Shown piece by piece: positions 9,106 to 19,300 of a DNA stretch of 52,434 nucleotides. Source of the DNA: Bacteroidales bacterium (GTDB taxonomy: Bacteria; Bacteroidota; Bacteroidia; Bacteroidales; ML635J-15); NCBI GenBank assembly GCA_023228725.1, contig JALOAQ010000002.1, positions 1 to 52,434 of the forward strand, in the 5' to 3' direction. The first letter of the stretch is position 1. Each line of letters begins with the position of its first letter. The notes below the pieces were generated by a model. It saw only the letters and a program-made list of their open reading frames with translations, was not told the DNA's origin and did not search any database. A program made the translations under genes and the position numbers.

Positions 9106-9882
9106 ATGAAAAAGCTTTCTAAATCACAAATTTCTCTTATTAATTCTTTAAAAATTAAAAAATATAGAATTAAAGAAAATCTTTTTGTTGTTGAGGGTGA
9201 GAAGATTGTAAACGAAGTCTTAGAATCAGATTTGGAAATAAAATGGATATTTGTTTTGCCAGAATATTTTGAAGAGAATAAAATAATTTTAGAAAAGTTT
9301 CCAAGCTTAATCTATATTATCAAAGTTGAAGAAATGAAAAAAATATCTAGTTTTGTTAATCCTTCTCCTATTTTAGCTGTGATTTTTATACCAGAAAACA
9401 AAGATATTTTATATAATAAAGAAGATTTATATCTTGCTTTGGACGAAGTTCAAGACCCAGGAAATTTAGGAAATATTATTAGAATTTGTGATTGGTTTGG
9501 AATAAAAAACTTAATTTGTTCGCCTAATTGTGCAGATTTATATTCAGCAAAAACTTTGCAATCAACAATGGGAGCTTTTTTAAGAACTAATATTGTTTAT
9601 TCAGAAATTGATAAAGAAATAGCTAAATATAAGGCAAATACAAATAATCTTGTTTTTGGAACATTTTTAAAAGGCGAAAATATTTATAAGTCGTCCTTAC
9701 CAAAAGGAGGTTTTATAATTATGGGCAACGAAGGTAAGGGCATTAATAAAACTTTGGAAAATTTAGTTGATAAAAAGCTTTTTATTCCAAGTTTTTCTGA
9801 ATTTCATAATCATGCTGAATCTTTAAATGTTTCAGTTGCCTGCTCCATTATTTGTTCTGAATTTAAAAGAAATTTATTATGA
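9106..9882 (+). CDS. TrmH/SpoU-family RNA 2'-O-methyltransferase
   Basis: SPOUT motifs EVQDPGNLGNIIRICDWFG, IIMGNEGKGI and ESLNVSVACSI. Confidence 0.8.
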   Translation: MKKLSKSQISLINSLKIKKYRIKENLFVVEGEKIVNEVLESDLEIKWIFVLPEYFEENKIILEKFPSLIYIIKVEEMKKISSFVNPSPILAVIFIPENKDILYNKEDLYLALDEVQDPGNLGNIIRICDWFGIKNLICSPNCADLYSAKTLQSTMGAFLRTNIVYSEIDKEIAKYKANTNNLVFGTFLKGENIYKSSLPKGGFIIMGNEGKGINKTLENLVDKKLFIPSFSEFHNHAESLNVSVACSIICSEFKRNLL

Positions 9883-10568
9883 CGCAGTTTAAAATAATTT
9901 TTATAAGCTTGATTTTAAGCATTTCTTTTTTGTTTGCAAATTCACAAGAACTTGTTGTTACTAATGATCTTGGTGCTTGGCTATCGGCAGGATTTGAAAA
10001 GAAAATTCATAAAAAATTAAATTTGGAATTTAATCAACAAGTGAGATTGTTTAAAAATTTTACAAAAATAGACGATATTATTACAAATATTACATTTTCA
10101 TACAGAATAGATGATAATTTTTCACTTGCAGCAGGCGGAAGATATACATATAATTTAGATTATTTTGACAATTTACAGCATGATTTTAGGTATAATCTTG
10201 ATTTTGCGTATAGATACAGATTTAGCTCTGCTTTTAGATTTGAATATAGATTGCGTTTTCAAAATGAATATGTAAATTCTTTTGCAAATTCAGAATTTGA
10301 TAAATTACAAGAAGCAAAATTCAGAAATAGACTTAAATTAGAATATTTACATTCACAGGCTCATAAACTTTACTTATCTGCTGAAATTTATAAAACATAT
10401 AAAATATTTAGACTGCCTTATTTTAGTAAAACTATATTTTTTATAGGAGATAAAATTAGTTTTGGCAAACAAAGTTTGGATATATCGCTTGGTTTTCAAC
10501 GCGATTTAAATAAAACTAGGCCAAGTAATTTTGGAGTTTTGGTTTTGAAGTATAATTTGAAGCTTTAA
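9879..10568 (+). CDS. Putative outer-membrane beta-barrel protein (DUF2490-like)
   Basis: Signal peptide, alternating aromatic/hydrophilic beta-strand pattern rich in Y/F/R. ATGA overlap with the upstream gene. Family name recalled from memory only. Confidence 0.4.
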   Translation: MTQFKIIFISLILSISFLFANSQELVVTNDLGAWLSAGFEKKIHKKLNLEFNQQVRLFKNFTKIDDIITNITFSYRIDDNFSLAAGGRYTYNLDYFDNLQHDFRYNLDFAYRYRFSSAFRFEYRLRFQNEYVNSFANSEFDKLQEAKFRNRLKLEYLHSQAHKLYLSAEIYKTYKIFRLPYFSKTIFFIGDKISFGKQSLDISLGFQRDLNKTRPSNFGVLVLKYNLKL

Positions 10569-10603
10569 AGAGGCTTCTTCGCATTTCGCGGAGCTCTAAA
10601 CTC

Positions 10604-10645
10604 AAAGTCGAAAGTCTGTAAAGTGGAAAGTGAAAAGTTGAAAGA
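10604..10645. repeat. Imperfect heptanucleotide tandem repeat (GAAAGTn, six AAAGT/AAAGA cores at 7-9 bp spacing)
   Basis: AAAGT at 10604, 10611, 10620, 10627 and 10634, and AAAGA at 10641. The tract ends 15 nt upstream of the ATG at 10660. Confidence 0.6.
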
Positions 10646-10659
10646 TAAAACTTAAAATT

Positions 10660-11034
10660 ATGAGTAAATTTTGGATGATTATATATTTTATTAGCTTTAT
10701 AAGTATTCTCAATGCACAAAAGCCTTGTGTAAATAATTTTGATTCTGTTTCTGTACTTGAATTTGCTAAACAAAAAAATTTAGTTTATAAAATCAAAGGA
10801 CTTAGCGATGAGGAAATTGCAAAAACTCCTTCCTATCAGCCTAAATTAAATTTTGACGCAAATACCTGCGTTTGGACAATAAAATCTGTAAAATACTCTA
10901 ATACAAATTTTGGTAAATGCCGCAAAACCAATGGTTGCACAATTGAAAAATCATTAATTGTAAAAATTGATGCAGAAAAGAAAAAAATTGTTGCAAAAAA
11001 AAGAAGAAAAAGAAAAATCCCGAATTATGAATAA
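10660..11034 (+). CDS. Small secreted Cys-containing protein with a basic C-terminal tail, hypothetical
   Basis: Signal peptide FWMIIYFISFISILNAQ, four Cys, C-terminal KKRRKRK. No recognisable family. Confidence 0.4.
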   Translation: MSKFWMIIYFISFISILNAQKPCVNNFDSVSVLEFAKQKNLVYKIKGLSDEEIAKTPSYQPKLNFDANTCVWTIKSVKYSNTNFGKCRKTNGCTIEKSLIVKIDAEKKKIVAKKRRKRKIPNYE

Positions 11035-11076
11035 AGAAATTTAGGATATTTCATGAGGAAACAAGTCAAGTTTTTT

Positions 11077-11084
11077 TAATTTTG
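11077..11084 (+). promoter_or_regulatory. -7 promoter box TAATTTTG
   Basis: Exact TAnnTTTG match 16 nt upstream of the ATG at 11101. Confidence 0.45.
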
Positions 11085-11100
11085 CAAAAAAATATAATTT

Positions 11101-11457
11101 ATGAAAATTCTTATAATTTTTAATCGTGAGCCTTACGATAATACTGATATTACTTGGAATGGATTGCGTCTTGCTGATTCTTTAAATAAAAAAGGAAATG
11201 AAGTAAGAATTTTTTTAATGAATGATTCTGTTGACATGGCTAGGGATATTTGCAAAAAGCCTGATAATTACGACCAAGATTTAGTGTTGCTTTTAAAAGA
11301 TTTAATTTCTAAGGGCGTTCAAGTAAAAGTTTGTGGAACCTGCATGACACGTTGTGGTATTCACAAAAACTACCCATATTTTGATGGTGCAGAACAATCT
11401 ACTATGGCCACTTTAGCCGATTGGATTTGTGATAGCGATAAAGTGATTAGCTTTTAA
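11101..11457 (+). CDS. DsrE/DsrF-like sulfur-relay family protein
   Basis: About 118 aa, MKILIIFNREPY...FLMNDSV...VKVCGTCMTRCGI, typical of DsrE-family proteins. Confidence 0.7.
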   Translation: MKILIIFNREPYDNTDITWNGLRLADSLNKKGNEVRIFLMNDSVDMARDICKKPDNYDQDLVLLLKDLISKGVQVKVCGTCMTRCGIHKNYPYFDGAEQSTMATLADWICDSDKVISF

Positions 11458-11470
11458 TTAAACTAGCTTG

Positions 11471-12484
11471 ATGATTTCAAAAATTAAATTTATTCGGGAA
11501 AAACTTAAGCAAATCCGTTTAAAAATAGGCTTAGATTCTTTTGTTATTGCTATTCTTGGAGTGATTACTCTTGCTTATTTTTGGTGGCAACCAGGAGTTT
11601 ATAAGGGTAAAATCACTTTAAACGATTTAGGAAATATTGGAGTTTCTTTGATATTTTTCTTTTATGGTCTAAAATTAAGCCCACAAGAATTAAAAAAAGG
11701 TTTATCAAATTGGAAATTACATCTTGTGGTGCAATCAGCCTGTTTTTTGATTTTTCCACTTGTGGTTTTACTTTTAATGGCAATTTTTGGCTCATTTGGA
11801 AACCAACTTTTATGGCTAGGAGTTTTTTATTTAGCTGCCCTACCTTCAACTGTATCATCTTCGGTAGTAATGACTTCCATCGCAAGAGGAAATATTACTT
11901 CTGCAATTTTTAATGCTTCAATTTCTAGCTTAATGGGAGTTTTTATTACACCTATTTGGATGGGAATTATGATAAGTTCTGGAGGTGGTAATTTTGACCT
12001 TAGTGATGTTATTATCAAATTATCTTTACAAGTATTATTACCTGTTGCTATTGGAATACTTTTGCACAGAAAATTTGGAAAAATAGCAATTAAAAATAGC
12101 GACAAACTTAAAAAACTAGACCAAAGTATTATTTTATTAATTGTTTACGCTTCCTTTTGTGATTCGTTTGCAAATAAAATGTTTTCAGGATATTCGGCTT
12201 GGGAATTAATTGGTTTAGGAATAGCAATGATAGCTTTATTTTTTATTATTTACGGAATAATTACTTTTATAGGCAAACTTTTACATTTTTCAAAAGAAGA
12301 CCATATTACAGCTGTATTTTGTGGTTCCAAAAAATCTTTAGTTCATGGAACAGTAATGTCAAAAGTTCTTTTTACAGGAATACATGGAGTTGGAGTGATT
12401 TTACTGCCTTTAATGATGTTTCATGCTATACAATTAGTTTTAGCCAGTGTAATTGCCCAAAAATTTGCAAAGAGAGTGGATTAG
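11471..12484 (+). CDS. Bile acid:sodium symporter (BASS/SBF, YfeH-like) family transporter
   Basis: About 10 predicted TM helices. LPSTVSSSVVMTSIARGN and FCGSKKSLVHG motifs are typical of SBF-like carriers. Confidence 0.75.
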   Translation: MISKIKFIREKLKQIRLKIGLDSFVIAILGVITLAYFWWQPGVYKGKITLNDLGNIGVSLIFFFYGLKLSPQELKKGLSNWKLHLVVQSACFLIFPLVVLLLMAIFGSFGNQLLWLGVFYLAALPSTVSSSVVMTSIARGNITSAIFNASISSLMGVFITPIWMGIMISSGGGNFDLSDVIIKLSLQVLLPVAIGILLHRKFGKIAIKNSDKLKKLDQSIILLIVYASFCDSFANKMFSGYSAWELIGLGIAMIALFFIIYGIITFIGKLLHFSKEDHITAVFCGSKKSLVHGTVMSKVLFTGIHGVGVILLPLMMFHAIQLVLASVIAQKFAKRVD

Positions 12485-12501
12485 GATTTTACTTCCCCTA
12501 C

Positions 12502-13137
12502 TTATTTATTTTTATAAAATATAATAACTCTTTTTTTGTCGGTATAAAGTATTTCAAAACCAAATTTTTCAGATAAATATTCAAAGGTCTTTAAACTATA
12601 AAAACAAACATGTGTTGGGTCTTTGATGTAATACCAATTTTTAAAATTAATTTTATTTGTTACAAATTCTGTCATAATTCCAAGATATGATTTTGGTTTT
12701 AAAAGTGAGTTTATAAGTTCAATTTCTTTTTTAGCTTCAAAAAAATGCTCAAAACATTCTGTTGCGGTAATAAACTCATAAGTTTTATTTTTATCTAATT
12801 TTGGAAAAAAATACGGGTCGTAAAAATCACATTTTAAATCATATTTTTCCATTAAGTTCGCAAGTACTGGCTCTGGTCCGCAAGCAAAATCTAATCCTTG
12901 AATTTTTGGTTTTAAAAAATTTTTTAAAGGAAATATAAGTTGATTTAAAAAATCTACATAGCCTTTATCTTCAATATTATTTTGGTGAAAAGCATAACGT
13001 TTTTTTTCATCTTTCTGATTCAAATAATATGTTTTATCCAAAAATATTAAATCACAATTTAAGCAATTATTATAAAGTTTTGAATTTATATTGCAAAAAT
13101 CTTTTATATCTGAACTATTACAAAGTGGACAAAACAT
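12502..13137 (-). CDS. Class I SAM-dependent methyltransferase with N-terminal CxxC...CxxC zinc ribbon
   Basis: CPLC...CLNC at the N-terminus. GLDFACGPEP resembles SAM-binding motif I. Confidence 0.6.
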   Translation of the reverse strand: MFCPLCNSSDIKDFCNINSKLYNNCLNCDLIFLDKTYYLNQKDEKKRYAFHQNNIEDKGYVDFLNQLIFPLKNFLKPKIQGLDFACGPEPVLANLMEKYDLKCDFYDPYFFPKLDKNKTYEFITATECFEHFFEAKKEIELINSLLKPKSYLGIMTEFVTNKINFKNWYYIKDPTHVCFYSLKTFEYLSEKFGFEILYTDKKRVIIFYKNK

Positions 13138-13241
13138 ATTAATTGTTTTATGATTTTACAAAATTAAGATTTTTATAAGGAAAAAATAATCAATTCAAGC
13201 TAAATATTTGTATTTTAGCAAATTAAAATTTTTAAATATTT

Positions 13242-14300
13242 ATGAATATGAACAAAACTATTTTTATTACTGGTGGTGCTGGTTTTATTGGTTCACATCT
13301 TGTTAGGCTTTTTGTTAGAAAATATCCAAATTATAATATTGTAAACATTGATAAATTAACATATGCAGGTAATTTAGAAAATCTTAGAGATATTGAAAAT
13401 TTACCAAATTATAAATTTGAAAAAATTGATATAGTTGATGAAAATGCTGTAAATTCTGTTTTTCAAAAATACAAACCTGATGGTATAATTCACTTAGCTG
13501 CTGAATCTCATGTTGACCGTAGTATTAGCAATCCTACAGAATTTATTTTTACAAATATTGTAGGAACAGTAAATTTATTAAATGCTGCTCGTTCTTGCTG
13601 GAAAGATAATTTTTCTGGAAAACGTTTTTACCATATTTCTACCGATGAAGTTTATGGTTCGCTTGGTACTGAAGGTTTTTTCACAGAAGAAACAAGCTAT
13701 GATCCGCGTTCGCCGTATTCTGCATCAAAAGCAAGTTCAGACCATTTAGTAAGAGCTTATTTTCACACTTTTGATTTACCTGTGGTTTTGTCAAATTGTT
13801 CAAATAATTACGGACCAAATCATTTTCCTGAAAAGCTTATCCCACTTGCAATAAATAATATTAAAAATATGAAATCTATTCCAATTTATGGAAAAGGTGA
13901 AAATGTTCGCGATTGGCTTTATGTTCACGACCACGCAAGAGCTATTGATATGGTTTTTCATAAAGGAAAACTTGGGGATACTTATAATATAGGCGGAAAT
14001 AATGAGTGGAAAAATATAGATTTAATAAAAGCACTTTGCAAAATTATGGACAAAAAATTAAATAGAACAGAGGGCAGTTCGGCTTCTTTGATAACTTTTG
14101 TTCAAGACCGTGCAGGACATGATTTACGCTATGCAATTGATAGCTCAAAAATAATGACAGAATTAGGATGGAAACCATCACTTGAGTTCGAAGAAGGATT
14201 AGAAAAAACCGTTGATTGGTATTTAGAAAACGAAGAATGGTTAAACCGCATTGTATCAGGTGATTATAAAAAATATTACGAAGAAATGTATGGAAAATAA
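13242..14300 (+). CDS. rfbB: dTDP-glucose 4,6-dehydratase
   Basis: TGGAGFIGSH Rossmann motif, STDEVYG, YSASKASSDH (YxxxK), RYAID. About 350 aa. Confidence 0.9.
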   Translation: MNMNKTIFITGGAGFIGSHLVRLFVRKYPNYNIVNIDKLTYAGNLENLRDIENLPNYKFEKIDIVDENAVNSVFQKYKPDGIIHLAAESHVDRSISNPTEFIFTNIVGTVNLLNAARSCWKDNFSGKRFYHISTDEVYGSLGTEGFFTEETSYDPRSPYSASKASSDHLVRAYFHTFDLPVVLSNCSNNYGPNHFPEKLIPLAINNIKNMKSIPIYGKGENVRDWLYVHDHARAIDMVFHKGKLGDTYNIGGNNEWKNIDLIKALCKIMDKKLNRTEGSSASLITFVQDRAGHDLRYAIDSSKIMTELGWKPSLEFEEGLEKTVDWYLENEEWLNRIVSGDYKKYYEEMYGK

Positions 14301-14354
14301 TATTTTGAAATTTAAAAATATTGACGATAAGCAATAATAGATTAAATTTACAGC

Positions 14355-15914
14355 GTGAATAAATTTCTAAGCATATTATTATTATTTGTAAGTTTGGTTA
14401 GTTTGAGTCAAAATAATCATGATGAAGAATTTATAAAATATTATTATCCAAATGGAAAGCTGTCGGCAGAAGGTTATATTCGTGATGGAAAACCCGATGG
14501 ATATTGGAAAAATTATTACGAAGACGGCAAACTAAAATCTGAAGGAAATCGCCGGTATTTTGAATTAGACAGTATCTGGAATTTTTATTATCCTAATGGC
14601 CAATTGTCAAACTCAATTTATTATAGAAAAGACAAAAAAAATGGCTATTCTTATGATTATAAATTTTATTTTGACGAAGATTCAGTACAACATCATTATC
14701 TATATTCTAAAGAGCTTTATATTAACGGTTTACGCGAAGGAAATTCGTATTATTACTCTACAAATGGATACTTAGAATATATTTTTCCTTATAAAACTGA
14801 TAAAAAAAATGGTGATGCCAAAGAGTTTGACAAAGACAGCACTGTAATTACTTTATTCAAATATTATAATGGCTACGAAGTAGAAACAAAAAGGATAAAT
14901 AGATTTGATTCTCAAAAACGAAAACAAGGCACTTGGATAGATTTTTATTTAAACGGCAACAAAAAAACCGAATATAATTATATAAACGATATTTTGCACG
15001 GAAATTACCGCGAATATGATCTTGATGGCAAAATATTGAAAGAACAACGCTATGTAAATGGTGAGCTATTTATTCCCCAAGAAGATGAAGAAGAAATTGT
15101 TTTAAAATCAGAGCTACGTAAAGCATATTATCCAAATGGTAAAATTAAATTTGAAGGAGCTTTTTTAGACGACAAACCTGTTGGAATACACAAAGAATAT
15201 GACGATTTGGGAAATTTAAAAACAACAAAAGAATACAGTTCTAAATCTGAATATTTAGGTCAAGGCTTGTTTGATAAAAATGGAAAACGCACAGGTCCTT
15301 GGAAATTATATGATGATATTAATTCTTATTATTTCGGTAAAGGCAGTTATTTAGACGGAGAAAAAGACGGAAAATGGATTTTTTATTATCCAAATGGAGA
15401 AATAGAATTAGAAGGATATTATTCAGAAGGCAAACCGGATAGAAAATGGGTTTGGACTTATGAGAATGGAAATACAAAGAGGGAAGAAAACTTTATTTAC
15501 GGTAAACGCGAAGGAGAATATACAGAATATGATTCTATTGGAAATTTAATTTTAACGGGCGAATATTTTGATGATGCACGCAAAGGCGAATGGTTAATTT
15601 GTGTTGGAGAAATCGAAGAAAAAGGGAATTATGATTTAGACGAAAAAACCGGAGTTTGGAAATCTTATTATTCAGACACTAAAAAAACTAGATTTACAGG
15701 AAACTTTAAAAATGGAGATCCTGACGGAGTTCATAAGTGGTATTATCCAAATGGTAATGTAGAGCTCTACGGAGCATATCGCATGGGAAAGAAAAATAAA
15801 GATTGGAAAAAATATAATCCTGATGGCTCATTACTAACAACTTACACATACAGAAATGATAAACTACTTAAAATCGACGGTATAAAACTTTATAGAGGGA
15901 AAGGGAAAAAATAA
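14355..15914 (+). CDS. Secreted MORN-repeat-variant (YwqK-like) repeat protein
   Basis: GTG start and signal peptide. More than 12 repeats of the form YYPNGxLxxEGxYxxGKxDGxWKxY. Confidence 0.7.
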   Translation: MNKFLSILLLFVSLVSLSQNNHDEEFIKYYYPNGKLSAEGYIRDGKPDGYWKNYYEDGKLKSEGNRRYFELDSIWNFYYPNGQLSNSIYYRKDKKNGYSYDYKFYFDEDSVQHHYLYSKELYINGLREGNSYYYSTNGYLEYIFPYKTDKKNGDAKEFDKDSTVITLFKYYNGYEVETKRINRFDSQKRKQGTWIDFYLNGNKKTEYNYINDILHGNYREYDLDGKILKEQRYVNGELFIPQEDEEEIVLKSELRKAYYPNGKIKFEGAFLDDKPVGIHKEYDDLGNLKTTKEYSSKSEYLGQGLFDKNGKRTGPWKLYDDINSYYFGKGSYLDGEKDGKWIFYYPNGEIELEGYYSEGKPDRKWVWTYENGNTKREENFIYGKREGEYTEYDSIGNLILTGEYFDDARKGEWLICVGEIEEKGNYDLDEKTGVWKSYYSDTKKTRFTGNFKNGDPDGVHKWYYPNGNVELYGAYRMGKKNKDWKKYNPDGSLLTTYTYRNDKLLKIDGIKLYRGKGKK

Positions 15915-15917
15915 AAT

Positions 15918-15955
15918 AATTATAGTGGTTTAGACAAAGCTTCACCACTATAATT
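15918..15955. terminator. Bidirectional hairpin terminator between convergent genes
   Basis: 12-bp perfect stem AATTATAGTGGT/ACCACTATAATT with a 14-nt loop, A/T runs on both sides. Confidence 0.6.
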
Positions 15956-16342
15956 TTATTTTCTATTCATTTTTGCATCCATGCTAAGTGTAGCGTGAGG
16001 AACAGCTCTAAGTCTTTCTTTTGAAATCAGTTTTCCTGTTTCTCTACAAACACCATAAGTACCTGTTTCAATTCTAGCTAAAGCTGCTTGTAAATGCTGA
16101 ATAAATTTTAGCTGCCTCTGAGCAATTCTTCCAATTTCCTCTTTAGATAATACGTTTGCTCCCTCTTCCAAAACTTTAAAAGTAGGCGAGGTATCCATTA
16201 TATCGTTAGTATCTTCATGACTAAGCATACTTTTATAAAGTTCATAATCATTATTTGCTTTTTCAAGTTTTTTAAGAATAATCTCTTTAAACTCCATTAG
16301 CTCTTCATAGCTATATCTGGTTTTTTCTTGTTCTTTACTCAT
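15956..16342 (-). CDS. DksA/TraR-family regulator
   Basis: C-terminal GTYGVCRETGKLISKERLRAVPHATLS, characteristic of Bacteroidota DksA-like proteins. Lies immediately downstream of ileS. Confidence 0.75.
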   Translation of the reverse strand: MSKEQEKTRYSYEELMEFKEIILKKLEKANNDYELYKSMLSHEDTNDIMDTSPTFKVLEEGANVLSKEEIGRIAQRQLKFIQHLQAALARIETGTYGVCRETGKLISKERLRAVPHATLSMDAKMNRK

Positions 16343-16359
16343 AGTTCAAAATTTTAAAA

Positions 16360-19300
16360 TTAAACCTTATTAACGCATAAAAGCGTATCGAAATTATTTA
16401 TTTTTACGGATATATTATTATTTTGTTCCATTTTATCAACAATATTTATTGTATCAGCTAAAGTTTGTGAACAAATATATTTATCAAACTTAGTAATTGC
16501 AGTATTTAGTTCGGGATGCGACTGTATAAAAATATTTATTTTATCAACCACATCAAAGCCACTTTCTTTTCTTAAATTTTGAATTCTATTCACAAATTCC
16601 CTGGCAATTCCTTCTTCAATTAATTCAGAACTTAAATTTATGTCTAAAGCTAATGTAATTTTACCTTCGTTAGCAACTAACCAACCCGGAATATCCTCAG
16701 AAATAATTTCAACATCCTCCAAACTAAGATTAACTTCTTGATTTTCAATTGCAAAGCTAAAACTATTCAAGCGTTCAAATTCAGCAATATCTTTTTGTGA
16801 CATTTCTGAAATTTTTGCTGCAACTTGTTTCATTATTTTACCATATTTTGGTCCTAAAACTTTAAAATTAGCTTTAATTTTTTTAACCAAAACATCAGAA
16901 TCATCAGATAAAAATTCTATTTCTTTAATATTTGTTTCTGTTTTAATAATTTGCTCTACTTTCTCTATTTGTTCAACAAAATTATTAGAAATAATAGGCA
17001 TCATAATTTTTTGTAAAGGTTGTCTTACCTTAAAATTAGCTTTTCGGCGTAAACTTAAAATCATAGACGAAATAGACTGCGCCATTTCCATTCTTTCTTC
17101 AAGTTCTTTATCAATAAAATTCTCGTTAACTTCGGGGAAATAAGCCAAATGTACAGATGTATATTTTTCATTATCATTAACAGAAACTAAATCTCTATAA
17201 AGCTTATCCATATAAAACGGAGCTATTGGCGATGCTAATTTTGATATTGTTAATAAACAAGTATATAAAGTTTGATAAGCTGAAATTTTATCTTCATTAT
17301 ACTCACCACCCCAATAGCGTTTTCTGCCAAGTCTTACATACCAATTGCTCAAGTGGTCGATAACAAAATCTTGAATTAAACGTCCTGCTTTTGTATTTTC
17401 ATAATTCTCGTAAGCATTAGCAATTTCTTTAATTAAAGAATTCAATAAGCTTAAAATCCATTTATCAAGTTCAGGTCTTTTATCAAACTCAATTTCTTTA
17501 TCTAAATTTTTAAAATTATCTATATTAGCATAAAGGGCAAAGAAGTTATAGGTATTATAAATTGTACCAAAAAATTTACGTTTCACCTCATCAACACCAG
17601 AAATATCAAATTTTAAATTATCCCAGGCTTGAGAATTTGTAATCATATACCACCTTACAGCATCAGCTCCATACTCGTCCATTGCAAGAAATGGGTCAAC
17701 AGCATTTCCAAGTCGTTTAGACATTTTATTTCCTTCTTTGTCGAGTACCAAACCATTAGAAATAATATTTTTAAATGCTACTTGGTCAGAAATCATAGTT
17801 GAAATTGCATGTAAAGTAAAAAACCAACCACGAGTTTGGTCAACACCTTCAGCAATAAAATCGGCAGGAAAAAGATTTTCAAAATTCTCTTTATTTTCGA
17901 AAGGCCAATGCCATTGAGCATAAGGCATAGCACCAGAATCAAACCAAACGTCAATTAAGTCGGGTTCGCGAAACATTTTTTTTCCATTAGAAGAAACTAA
18001 GACAATTTCGTCAACATCGGGGCGGTGCAAATCTATTTTTTCATAATTTTCTTTAGAATAATCACCAGGCACAAAACCTTTCCATAAATTAGCAGACATA
18101 AAACCATTTTTCACAGAAATCTCAATTTCCTCTATTAGTTCTTTAACGCTACCTATACATTTTCTTTCACTTCCATCTTCAGTACTCCAAATTGGCAAAG
18201 GCGTTCCCCAATATCTTGAGCGGCTAAGATTCCAATCAACTAAATTTTCCAACCATTTTCCAAATCTACCTTCTCCTGTACTTGCAGGTTTCCAATTAAT
18301 AGTTTTATTTAGCTCAATCATTCTGTCTTTTACTTCTGTGGTTTTTATAAACCAAGAATCCATAGGATAATACAAAATGGGTTTATCTGTTCTCCAACAA
18401 TGAGGGTAATTATGTGTATATTTTTCTATTTTAAAAGCTTTATCTTGAATTTTAAGCATTACAGCAATTTCAACATCAGTTGAAGAGTCAGGATTTGCAT
18501 TATCATCATATTCATTTTTTACAAATTTGCCTGCAAAATTTTTATACGATTCTGTATTTACAAAGTTTTCAACAAATTTAGGCTGCAAATCTTCTATTTT
18601 GAAAAATTTACCTTGTTTATCGACCATTGGACAAATATTTCCATCTTTATCTTCAAGAATTAAAGCCGGAATACCTGCAGCTTTAGCAACTCTGGCATCG
18701 TCTGCACCAAAAGTTGGAGCTATATGTACAATACCGGTTCCGTCTTCAGTTGTTACATAATCACCCGCTATAAGTTTAAACGCCGGAGTTTTTGGCTTAA
18801 CCCAATCTATTAATTGCTCATAAACAATACCTACTAAATCTTTACCAGAATATTCTTGTTCAATTTTCCAAGGAATATTTTTATCTCCTAATTTAAAACT
18901 CTGAAAATCAAGGTTTTGAGCCTCAGATTTAAAATAAGCCGAAACTCTATCTTTACAAACTATAAGCGAAATTGGATTTCCTGAATAAGGGTTGAAAGTA
19001 TTTATTTTTACATATTTAATTTCTGGTCCAACAGCAAGAGCAGTATTTGACGGCAAAGTCCAAGGAGTAGTAGTCCAAGCTAAAATATGTAAATTTTCGT
19101 TTTCCTTACTAAAAAATTTCTCGGAAAATTCATTTCTAATAACAGAAAAAAGAGCCACAATTGTAGTATCTTTCACATCTTTATAACAGCCAGGTTGATT
19201 TAGTTCGTGAGTACTTAATCCTGTTCCGGCAGCAGGAGAATAAGGCTGAATAGTATAACCTTTATAAAGTAAATTTTTATCAAATAATTTTTTAAGTAAG

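Noticed and set aside
10570-10600. GC-rich stretch GAGGCTTCTTCGCATTTCGCGGAGCTC as a terminator or riboswitch
   Set aside because: I could not find a convincing stem-loop or a trailing T run, and it is too short for a known riboswitch class. It is noted only as context for the heptamer repeat.
10516-10773. 85-aa minus-strand ORF spanning the 10569-10659 intergenic region
   Set aside because: It overlaps the ends of two plus-strand genes that have signal peptides. Its sequence is low-complexity, and it reads through the heptamer repeat. It is judged spurious.
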